Positions 38,576-46,374 of a stretch of DNA of 64,000 nt are shown here, piece after piece. This stretch comes from a virus. Its lineage: Duplodnaviria; Caudoviricetes. Position numbers and translations under genes: made by a program. How positions within the stretch are numbered: position 1 is the stretch's first letter; each line of letters opens with the position of its first letter. Below the pieces are notes generated by a model. That model had not been told where the DNA came from and ran no database searches. It was given only the letters and a program-made list of their open reading frames with translations. The stretch lies in IMG/VR virus record IMGVR_UViG_3300023047_000002; one strand, 5' to 3'.

Positions 38576-39199
38576 TCACCAGTCCGCATTAAACACAACG
38601 CATTCAGTATCCCAATCAATATCTCTAAGTATGGAACGAATACCTGTGAGCAGTTTCGACACATGGTCGAAGTGTGAATCAGAACACCTACAAGGAAATG
38701 CTTTGTTTGTTATTCGGTTGACATTACCATGAATACGATTTTTTGTTTTTTCGTCTGCGGTCACCGTGTACGAAATCAAAACACCAAAATCATCATATCC
38801 TAACACACAACCTTTCTGATTCTTTAAGTATTTCTCTATATCAATCAGGCATTTTTTAGCACTGTCAAGAAGTTCCTCACATTGTGCTCGTGTGATGACC
38901 ATATCTTTTGCATAATAATCGTCATCATACCCAAAGAACTCCAAAAGAAAATGGAACTTACGAAAGTAAAGAGCTTCAGAATCAAACGTCTCTGTAGAGT
39001 CACATGAAGCATTAAACTGAGAGAGAGCTTTGAACAAAGCTAGCTCTAGAGTACAGTCATTATTCTCTGCCCATACTTTAAGACGACCAAGTTCGTACAG
39101 AACACCTGCGTCATTCAATGAACAGGTCAATAAATCAGGATTGAACGGTTCAGAAGAAACGACTCTAGGCTTAACATAAAAATAAGCATCAAGACCCAT
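38576..39199 (-). CDS. Conserved phage protein (MGLD...YFRK...W type)
   Basis: Characteristic N-terminus and terminal Trp. Confidence 0.65.
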   Translation of the reverse strand: MGLDAYFYVKPRVVSSEPFNPDLLTCSLNDAGVLYELGRLKVWAENNDCTLELALFKALSQFNASCDSTETFDSEALYFRKFHFLLEFFGYDDDYYAKDMVITRAQCEELLDSAKKCLIDIEKYLKNQKGCVLGYDDFGVLISYTVTADEKTKNRIHGNVNRITNKAFPCRCSDSHFDHVSKLLTGIRSILRDIDWDTECVVFNADW

Positions 39200-39209
39200 A
39201 GTTCACATC

Positions 39210-39674
39210 TCACATGTCTCTGTAATTGTCTTCACCACGAACACTTCGGCAGACCTCCTCATAATTTTCAATGCCAAAACCACATTCGTACACTTCAAAC
39301 ACTTGCACATGTGTGTCTTTAAGACGACGTTGAAGTGACCGAGGAAGCTCCGAAAACGTGTGCTGCGAGGGTTCCTTGAAAAACCGGCAATCCGTAAGTG
39401 CAAAGTCACCACGTAAGTATTTACGAAGAATGGCGAATCGTTTCTTGCCGTCCACCACTTCATACGGTCTGTCTTTTCCTTTGAGATTTGGATTCTCACC
39501 GATAACGAATGGAATTACCGATGTGTCAATCAGAAGACTTTCGATGTAACAGGTAAAGTCCTCAAGATGATAACCTTGCAGAACGTCTTCATCTGGATCA
39601 ACGATGTAAGACGTATTAAGTAACTGATCAACCGTCATTTCCATTCGTTCGACTCTCACATTAGGAACAATCAT
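39210..39674 (-). CDS. DUF262 / ParB-like domain protein
   Basis: YIESLL...IP...YEVVDGKKR, a variant of DGQQR. Confidence 0.7.
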   Translation of the reverse strand: MIVPNVRVERMEMTVDQLLNTSYIVDPDEDVLQGYHLEDFTCYIESLLIDTSVIPFVIGENPNLKGKDRPYEVVDGKKRFAILRKYLRGDFALTDCRFFKEPSQHTFSELPRSLQRRLKDTHVQVFEVYECGFGIENYEEVCRSVRGEDNYRDM

Positions 39675-40274
39675 TTAATCCACTCCATTTTTATTTGGAA
39701 CAACTTCGCCATAAGAAAGCGTATGTGCAGGGTCAAGATACCATACAAGCATATCGAGTGAAACCTTTGCAAGATAAACGCAAACCTTGTTGAACTTTTC
39801 AAGATTACCAAACCCCATTCCGATGACATAACGCATTGCACTGATGCAACGCGTGCTTTCTTCTGGATTGCTAGATTCTGGCAAATCAGGTGCATCTGGA
39901 AGAGACGAAATCGCTTCATATGCATCACTATACAGTGCCTTTGAACAGATGCCTTCTGGCGTCAGCTCCGATAACGTGTTAATGAGATGATCCATGAAGG
40001 GGACAAAACCGTCCTTATTGATGGCTTCAAGAAACACTTGCTTGTCTAACGGTTTTACGCCATAGCACGTCACGTACTTGCCTCTACGTTTCTCCACTCT
40101 CGATGTAATGCGTTCGGAATAGGTGGCCTGTTCAATGGCAACCCATCTATTATCGAGAACGGAAAGCATGTCGATGATGGTTGGAAACACCCATACGATA
40201 AAACGTCTGTATTCAAGCTGTGACAGCTGTCTCATAATTAACTCCCTTTGCAGTCCAACTGTAAACACGACCAT
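39675..40274 (-). CDS. Hypothetical protein
   Basis: ORF; the likely start is MRQLSQ. Confidence 0.55.
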   Translation of the reverse strand: MVVFTVGLQRELIMRQLSQLEYRRFIVWVFPTIIDMLSVLDNRWVAIEQATYSERITSRVEKRRGKYVTCYGVKPLDKQVFLEAINKDGFVPFMDHLINTLSELTPEGICSKALYSDAYEAISSLPDAPDLPESSNPEESTRCISAMRYVIGMGFGNLEKFNKVCVYLAKVSLDMLVWYLDPAHTLSYGEVVPNKNGVD

Positions 40275-40593
40275 TCTTCACGATGTCGCCATTTCCAAGT
40301 TTTATTTCGACGATTTGACCGGCATACTTTTGCATTACACTCTTGATGCATTCAAGCTGCTTGCGTGAAAACGAACCGCGTTCGTTATACTGGTTCACAA
40401 GACTGGTACAGAACTCTGCATCATGCTTATTGAATCCTACGCCATTATTAAACGACGTAACAGAGTTGTCCTGTTCCGAGGCTTCCTGATACGCATAGAC
40501 GAATAACAACGCATGAATTGCTGTATCGTCCTTCTCGGAAATTTGGGTTTTGAGTTTCGTGACAATTTCTTTTTTGCTTGTGAATGTAGCCAT
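40213..40593 (-). CDS. Conserved phage protein (NGVGFNxxDA motif)
   Basis: NNGVGFNKHDAEF...SRKQ...KYAGQI; AGGAG RBS. Confidence 0.7.
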   Translation of the reverse strand: MATFTSKKEIVTKLKTQISEKDDTAIHALLFVYAYQEASEQDNSVTSFNNGVGFNKHDAEFCTSLVNQYNERGSFSRKQLECIKSVMQKYAGQIVEIKLGNGDIVKNGRVYSWTAKGVNYETAVTA

Positions 40594-40635
40594 GTGTTTG
40601 TCTCCTAATGGCGAAACGGTTTATCGACAAACACA

Positions 40636-40676
40636 TGTATAACACTCCCAACCTGTCAGAGGATGCACAGCACCAT
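40636..40676 (-). promoter_or_regulatory. GTGGTGCTG-class promoter
   Basis: Minus strand: ATGGTGCTG-N26-TATACA with TGt extension. Confidence 0.7.
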
Positions 40677-40684
40677 GACAAAGA

Positions 40685-41299
40685 TCATACGGATTCCGTT
40701 ATCATGTCATGCGGAAACCTACAGTTAAATTCGACCCCTAAAAATTCACCTTCGTTACCGTTGTAACGCACATAGCTCTTATAGTTAGCTGGGTACACGT
40801 CTTGTAGATTATACGTCCGAACAGTTTCACCGGTTTCTCCATTGATTGCAAACAAACGTGCCTTTCCTACGTGATCCATTGGTTTGTCATGGTAGTCATA
40901 AAACCACTTCTTCAATTGAGAATCTTGCTCACAGATAGCTTTGAACTTCATATAACTGAACAAGTGACCGTATAATTTACAAGTTTGACCAGTTCCTTGT
41001 ACGTCATACACATCATAAATAATCGAATTGTCCATCCCGTCTTTTTCAAACTTAACACAAAACACAGTCTGATGACTGTATCTTACATTAGACGGAGTAT
41101 ACGTCTCTTTCACATCGTCCAGACGACACCATGCTTTAACCTCATGTGGTTCATATTGTGAACTCCACCTATACTGATACCAATGATTGTTTCTCCATTC
41201 TGCCTCAGAGATGTTGCCCTTATCCGTCAGAATAATGTAGCTGCCGGACTCATCACCGGGTGTCTGTTTACCGTCATACCATGTAATTCCCATTGTCAC
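40685..41299 (-). CDS. Hypothetical protein: DUF551-like N-terminus plus tail-tube-like C-terminus
   Basis: ITWYD...VKAW, then LKKWF...ARLFAINGETGETVRTYNLQDVYP. Confidence 0.55.
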   Translation of the reverse strand: MTMGITWYDGKQTPGDESGSYIILTDKGNISEAEWRNNHWYQYRWSSQYEPHEVKAWCRLDDVKETYTPSNVRYSHQTVFCVKFEKDGMDNSIIYDVYDVQGTGQTCKLYGHLFSYMKFKAICEQDSQLKKWFYDYHDKPMDHVGKARLFAINGETGETVRTYNLQDVYPANYKSYVRYNGNEGEFLGVEFNCRFPHDMITESV

Positions 41300-41331
41300 T
41301 CTCCAACTATCGTAGTTTGGTTATTATCCTG

Positions 41332-41898
41332 CTAGTCCCACATGTCTAAATAATTTTCAGCGAGAAGCGAGAACCCTTCTTTTCGGATTCGATTATGCTC
41401 TTTCCATAATGATTCATCTGTGTCCTCTGTCTGGCCAGTCATATCAGAAAGAGATACTTCAAAAGCCATCTTTATCTTATTCAATACCTCATGCCATGTT
41501 TCAGGAGTCATTCCTGCTTTGTAACTCGCACCTTTTCTAATCCATACGTCCAAAGCAGGAATCGCAAATTCTGCCAAAGCACACCCGAACTCCCAACATG
41601 CGTATGGCGTAGGATATCCTTCCAACATGCAGAAGACAAAATCCATCGGATACCACAAGTCTCCGTCCTGTGCGGTTATTTCATGACACGTATCGTGAAG
41701 TGTCCATTTCGGAAACCAGGCATCCTCTTCAAGGTCGTCATCAGACGGAAACGTGTACGAACAAATGACCGTTTGACCGTCACTTAAACGAACCATGAAT
41801 TTGCCGAAATAAGGATTCCTATCGTCATTGAGTTCTGTTTTTACCTTGTACGGTCTTTCCTCTGAAAACTTTTTCCACTTGAATTGCTCAAGAGACAT
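41332..41898 (-). CDS. Conserved phage protein
   Basis: WHEVLNKIKMAFE...EGFSLLAENYLDMWD. Confidence 0.65.
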   Translation of the reverse strand: MSLEQFKWKKFSEERPYKVKTELNDDRNPYFGKFMVRLSDGQTVICSYTFPSDDDLEEDAWFPKWTLHDTCHEITAQDGDLWYPMDFVFCMLEGYPTPYACWEFGCALAEFAIPALDVWIRKGASYKAGMTPETWHEVLNKIKMAFEVSLSDMTGQTEDTDESLWKEHNRIRKEGFSLLAENYLDMWD

Positions 41899-41899
41899 A

Positions 41900-42213
41900 T
41901 TACACTATCCAATAAGTTATGTTGTCGTACATCATGCAAGGAACTTGGATGTCATATTCTTTCATATCCGCACCAATCCAATCCCATGTTTCTCTCTCCC
42001 CTTGTGTATTGCGTGTGGGCAACAGACGTTGCCCACGAGTCCTTATCGTTTCAGCAGAATGGCATTCCCATATTGGGCTATGTTCTTTTCAGCAAAGTAG
42101 TTATCCTTGCCCCATGCATCTGTCATATGAAGTTTAATCGGTTCGGCTTTATACCCATTCACCATCAAAGCGGCGATAAGGCATGTTTTCGCCTCAACCG
42201 TAATAACCACTTC
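41900..42213 (-). pseudogene. Possible 5'-truncated gene remnant next to the palindrome
   Basis: One frame EVVITVEAK...LLKR*GLVG...YWIV* with a single internal TAA and no start/RBS before the hairpin. Confidence 0.35.
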
Positions 42214-42251
42214 GTGAACTACCCACCCGCTTTAGCGGGTGGGTAGTTCAC
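42214..42251. repeat. Perfect 38-bp right-end/right-end palindrome
   Basis: GTGAACTACCCACCCGC-TTTA-GCGGGTGGGTAGTTCAC. Confidence 0.9.
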
Positions 42252-42255
42252 ACAC

Positions 42256-43260
42256 TTAAAATGTGTGTATTTCAAGGGGAGTTATCATCTCACGCAATTC
42301 TTCACCTTGAGTGATAGCATTAATGTATTTGTCCCCAAATTGCCTTAGCAGTTTTAAGCACAAATCCAAACATTTTATTACATCATTTGGAAATTCGTTT
42401 ATGTCATCTTCATAAAAAGCATTACCAATAGATTCAATGTAATTTTTGGATGTTTTCACAAGGTCAACAGAACTATTTGTAGTCTGCTCCAAGACACGTG
42501 TTAAAACTTTAGTGACACTCTTTTGAGTGTGTGAGTTCAAATCGATTTCATCAGGGAAAACGTTTGCATATTTTTGAAAGTCTGAATAGCTCATGGAGAC
42601 ACCAAGAATGTCTAAAACTGAGGTGTTCACTCTATCGAACAAGTCTTGATTCTTAAATCCATATATCACCTTTCGGTGCTTCGTTGTGTCTTCAAGACCT
42701 ATCTGCCTAAAATAATGAACACCGTCTTCGTCAAGTTCAAGTTGATCATGTTTATTTAAAATTTCTTCTGCATAAATATTTGGGATTGGATATCCGTTAT
42801 ATTTTTTCATCAAATATTCAACTTTGCCACTGACTTCTGCCCAATACCATCCTTCATAGTTTTTGATATCGTATCGGATCAGGGCTCTAGCGAACTCACC
42901 AGAACCCTTTATGTCCATATTTTTAGCGAGTGCAATGTTTTTATAACTACCATCTACAATTCGGAACACTTCTAATGCCATTATATCATTCTGGTGATTA
43001 GAAAGCTCAGACTCTTCGTAAGTGGTTGATGTGATTACCCTAAGTAATTTAGCACTTTTTAGAAACTTTTTTGGGTTGCTTGTTCCCAAATAACCACCAA
43101 TTGACGCATAAGCCTTTTCAATAATATCACGCATTTTAACGAAAAATGTTTCAACATCTGGCGGTGTAATATCATAGATTGCACAAATTTCCCATTGCAC
43201 ATGACTTATGGATTCCCCATAAGTCGAAGTGTGATGTCTGTTTTTTCTAATCAGTGCCAT
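42256..43260 (-). CDS. Phage protein with basic leader (AYxxIGG / WAEVSG / DGxHYxRxIG), function unknown
   Basis: GAGGT RBS; visibly AT-richer than its neighbours; flanked by IS-end hairpins. Confidence 0.75.
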   Translation of the reverse strand: MALIRKNRHHTSTYGESISHVQWEICAIYDITPPDVETFFVKMRDIIEKAYASIGGYLGTSNPKKFLKSAKLLRVITSTTYEESELSNHQNDIMALEVFRIVDGSYKNIALAKNMDIKGSGEFARALIRYDIKNYEGWYWAEVSGKVEYLMKKYNGYPIPNIYAEEILNKHDQLELDEDGVHYFRQIGLEDTTKHRKVIYGFKNQDLFDRVNTSVLDILGVSMSYSDFQKYANVFPDEIDLNSHTQKSVTKVLTRVLEQTTNSSVDLVKTSKNYIESIGNAFYEDDINEFPNDVIKCLDLCLKLLRQFGDKYINAITQGEELREMITPLEIHTF

Positions 43261-43340
43261 ATCGCTACCTCACTTCATTTAAGATAAAAGTCTCGATAGC
43301 AACCTTTCCAACCATTTCAATGTTGCTATCATCACACGAT

Positions 43341-43382
43341 CTTATAGCACACTATTTCTTACAGTATCTCTAACAGCACCAC
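43341..43382 (-). promoter_or_regulatory. GTGGTGCTG-class promoter
   Basis: Minus strand: GTGGTGCTG-N27-TATAAG with TGc extension. Confidence 0.7.
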
Positions 43383-43400
43383 GAAACAAAAAGTCTCCTA

Positions 43401-43422
43401 CTTTAGGCGGTGGGTAGTTCAC
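43401..43422 (+). repeat. Half right-end hairpin
   Basis: CTTTAGGCGGTGGGTAGTTCAC, between two divergent promoters. Confidence 0.75.
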
Positions 43423-43452
43423 GTAATAATGATAGCTGCACTTTCTTTTGGT

Positions 43453-43492
43453 GTGGTGCTGGAAAAAGGACGTTCGACTTCTGTGATATAGT
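43453..43492 (+). promoter_or_regulatory. GTGGTGCTG-class promoter
   Basis: GTGGTGCTG-N25-TATAGT with TGa extension. Confidence 0.7.
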
Positions 43493-43560
43493 AGTGTGAG
43501 TATGTAGCAACTGTGGGTGGTACGGTTGCTGTCGAATGGAAGTAATCCTAATATCTGGAT

Positions 43561-43941
43561 GTGTTGATTATGCGAAAACGTGATCGTTCAAACGCTTTTG
43601 AAATGACAACTTTGAGAAAAGCACGTTCTGGCTTGCCGGTAAACATATACCTGGACGACAGTGGATCTTATCTTAATTGTGATTATGAACCTAGAATCCA
43701 ATTTCAACCAAATAAAGGAAACTGTCCGGACATTCGTTCTCTGATACCTATGACAATTTCAGACGAACCTACTATTCCGATAAAGAATTATCAGTCACGG
43801 TTAAATGGTGTTGGAAGTAATGACATCTCTTTGATTATGTCATTCGTCATTGCAAACAAAACAAATCTTCTCAGATTATGTGACCGTAATGATGAATACG
43901 ATATCTCCAATTTTTTGGATGACATGGTTAAAGTCTCGTGA
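43561..43941 (+). CDS. Small protein with basic leader, DUF4160-like
   Basis: AFEMTTLRKARSGLPVNIYLD...PRIQF; the TGA stop lies inside an IS right end. Confidence 0.65.
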   Translation: MLIMRKRDRSNAFEMTTLRKARSGLPVNIYLDDSGSYLNCDYEPRIQFQPNKGNCPDIRSLIPMTISDEPTIPIKNYQSRLNGVGSNDISLIMSFVIANKTNLLRLCDRNDEYDISNFLDDMVKVS

Positions 43942-43972
43942 ATTACCCACCGTCTTTAGCGGGTGGGATTCA
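43938..43972 (-). repeat. IS200/IS605 right-end hairpin
   Basis: GTGAATTACCCACCGTCTTTAGCGGGTGGGATTC. Confidence 0.75.
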
Positions 43973-43998
43973 AAACAGAGTATCTGGTGAGGTGTTGC

Positions 43999-44982
43999 AT
44001 GTTTCGTTCATTTGAATCAGTTAAAATTGATGATCCTGTACTTGAACTTGAATGGGAAGACCTGTCATTGATTGGCGGAGCTACTGGTCTTGCCCTAAGT
44101 CTTAAAAACAGTCTTTCGAAGTTCCTAAGAAATTATGGAGAACACGACATTCTTGAAGACTTATATCATGCAGTGGCGCTTGGTCTTAGTAATCTCCAAG
44201 AAATCGGTATGTTTGACGGTTTTTTGTCAAATCCTAATATTGAGTTTCGTGGAAAGACTAATATTTCCATACAGAATAAACTTGATAGACATCACATACA
44301 TTCAGCAGGTCGTCCTCTTGAAAAGGTCTTTAACGACTTGATTGGTATTAGAATTATCGTAGAAGATTATTCAGTATGGGAATCTGTAAAACATAAGTTT
44401 GATTCATCGGTGTGTACTGTCGTTGACATGAGATGCGGAAAGTTCCCTGATGATGGTTACAGAGCTGTTCACGTTTACTTCCAAGCTGATCACTTGCATT
44501 ATCCTGTTGAACTTCAATTCGTGTCTGAGCATGACAGTCAGTTCAACGCATGGCAACACGACCATGCATATAAGTCATCATGGTTTGCTCCTTCTGTAGG
44601 AAAGAAATTGCGTGAGTTATACGATGACTGGAAAATTCAGACAGAGGATGAGTATGTGTCAGAGCTCACTAAACTGTCATCAATGGTTACGTACTCAGAA
44701 AAAAGGACGTGGGAAGGTACGAAACTTGTTGCGTGCAGATTCGGTATAAAGGGGTGTATAGGGTACATGCCTGAAACGATTCACGAGTTAATGTACCTTT
44801 ATCGTGAACTTTGTCCCTATTGTAGAAGACAGATTCCAACAGTCGATGTAACTGTCGTTAAGGGAGAGAGTTATGCTGAGTTTAGTCCATGTACGATCTA
44901 CGCTACCTATACTGATTTTTATGCGGCGATATTCCATGATTTGTTAAGAAAACCTGAACGGCACTCACGGTGTACACCATGA
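43999..44982 (+). CDS. RelA/SpoT-domain protein (small alarmone synthetase-like)
   Basis: Motifs RGKTNIS, DLIGIR, GYRAVH, VELQ and HDHAYK; GAGGTG RBS before ATG 43999. Confidence 0.85.
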   Translation: MFRSFESVKIDDPVLELEWEDLSLIGGATGLALSLKNSLSKFLRNYGEHDILEDLYHAVALGLSNLQEIGMFDGFLSNPNIEFRGKTNISIQNKLDRHHIHSAGRPLEKVFNDLIGIRIIVEDYSVWESVKHKFDSSVCTVVDMRCGKFPDDGYRAVHVYFQADHLHYPVELQFVSEHDSQFNAWQHDHAYKSSWFAPSVGKKLRELYDDWKIQTEDEYVSELTKLSSMVTYSEKRTWEGTKLVACRFGIKGCIGYMPETIHELMYLYRELCPYCRRQIPTVDVTVVKGESYAEFSPCTIYATYTDFYAAIFHDLLRKPERHSRCTP

Positions 44983-45082
44983 ACTACCCACCCGCTAAAG
45001 GCGGTTGGTATGAATTAGGATATTAAGGTGACATGGAGACATTAAAGACATCGTTACCACCGCCTAAAGGCGGTGGTAACGA
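44979..45082. repeat. Two IS-end hairpins (44979-45010 and 45051-45082)
   Basis: TGAACTACCCACCCGCTAAAGGCGGTTGG and the perfect TCGTTACCACCGCC-TAAA-GGCGGTGGTAACGA. Confidence 0.8.
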
Positions 45083-45431
45083 GTGCCTTCGAGACACAAT
45101 GATTAACATCATTCATCCACCAATTTATCGTTATTCACTCTTCTTCAATCTTCTTCAATCTTATTCTACTTGATGATGTGCCACGAGTCTGCAATTCTGT
45201 ACTCAGTTCTTTGTACTGTTCCGAAATGAGTATTTACTTTGTGGATTCTCTTCGGTTCGCTAGCTTTAGTAGAGCAAAGAGGATCAAACATACCGTAACG
45301 GCTATCATGGATTCTATAATAGATTCTATCGTCCACATGTCTCTCCTACATTAGGCAATTAACAAATTTTAAATCTAAACACAATTTGAAACGACCCGTG
45401 ATAGAATCCACTACTCAAGCACGAATAAGAG

Positions 45432-45872
45432 TTACATGTTCTGTTTTTGTTCGGTTGCAATGGAAACTCCACCCAACGTGTTAGCCCAATTCTCAGGGAA
45501 ATGACAGTAATACCAGAGGATACTGTAATTCCCTTTCCGTCTTCTCCAATAGAGAATAACTGATGGAATAGCTACCACAAATAAGTAAAGAGGACCCAAA
45601 AACAAAGACTGAACACTGTGACCTGACTCATGCCTTAATATGTCTTCCTTAGAATCCTTGTGCGTGAAAATAAAAGGTCCCAATGACCAACACGTGTGCC
45701 AAGGATGTTTAACCCTCCACACGGTCATACCTGTATGTTCATTTTTCCAAGGTTCGATATCATGGAGTACTATTAAAACGAGCAAGGCAGCAATCACTTG
45801 TGGTAACTGCCATAAAAACAAAAGCCATACAACAGGGGAACTCAAGTTCGCATAATTGAAATCTGCTTTCAT
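45432..45872 (-). CDS. Membrane protein with HExxH metallopeptidase-like motif
   Basis: WQLPQ...SLGPFIF...HESGHSVQSLFLGPLYL, with transmembrane segments. Confidence 0.7.
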   Translation of the reverse strand: MKADFNYANLSSPVVWLLFLWQLPQVIAALLVLIVLHDIEPWKNEHTGMTVWRVKHPWHTCWSLGPFIFTHKDSKEDILRHESGHSVQSLFLGPLYLFVVAIPSVILYWRRRKGNYSILWYYCHFPENWANTLGGVSIATEQKQNM

Positions 45873-45915
45873 AATGAAAAATCCTATTATGCCCCTGTAA
45901 GTACAACTGTTTGAT

Positions 45916-45964
45916 AATGATGCGAGCCGCAAACCCACAGGCTAAATCCGCGTTGGTAGTTCAC
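45916..45964 (+). mobile_element. 49-bp IS200/IS605 mini-element (degenerate)
   Basis: TTGAT|AATGATGCGAGCCGCAAACCCACAGGCTAAATCCGCGTTGGTAGTTCAC. Confidence 0.7.
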
Positions 45965-46028
45965 CGCATAGAAAAAGAGCTCACAGAATACTTTCCATGA
46001 GCTCTATCAGATGTATCAACAAACTAAC

Positions 46029-46369
46029 GTCAACTACCCACCGCCTTTAGGCGGTGGGCTTGTAACTGACCCGTAGCTCTTGGTCGAGTGTTTGACACTC
46101 TACTACGTTTTTTACCAACTTTCTTTTCAGAAGATTGGCTGTCGTTACATCGTGGGGTGATTGACTGCACCCCGTAGGCTTGAATCATGTTCAAGACCCA
46201 CTTAAACTTGAATCTTGGTGTTTAAGTTCAGAGAGTGCCTTCAGTCCAAGTACCAAACGGTTTTCTCTCAAAACCTTAAATACAAAATATCACTTAACAA
46301 AGCAAGCAAGATTTTTAGTTGGCTCGCTTACCCACGGGCTTTAGCCCGTGGGCTTCCGCTCGCCTTATG
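46029..46369 (-). mobile_element. 341-bp non-autonomous IS200/IS605 element retaining a probable omegaRNA
   Basis: Left end TTCAC|CATAAGGCGAGCGGAAGCCCACGGGCTAAAGCCCGTGGG; right end GTTACAAGCCCACCGCCTAAAGGCGGTGGGTAGTTGAC; no ORF. Confidence 0.8.
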
Positions 46370-46374
46370 GTGAA

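Noticed and set aside
45135-45338. Short RBS-led membrane ORF with possible readthrough or frameshift
   Set aside because: Two alternative downstream frames are equally plausible; it cannot be distinguished from a 34-aa peptide or a decayed gene.
46029-46110. IscB/HEARO RNA start on the + strand (GTCAACTACCC...)
   Set aside because: No IscB ORF follows. The geometry fits a minus-strand tnpB-type right end paired with the left end at 46369.
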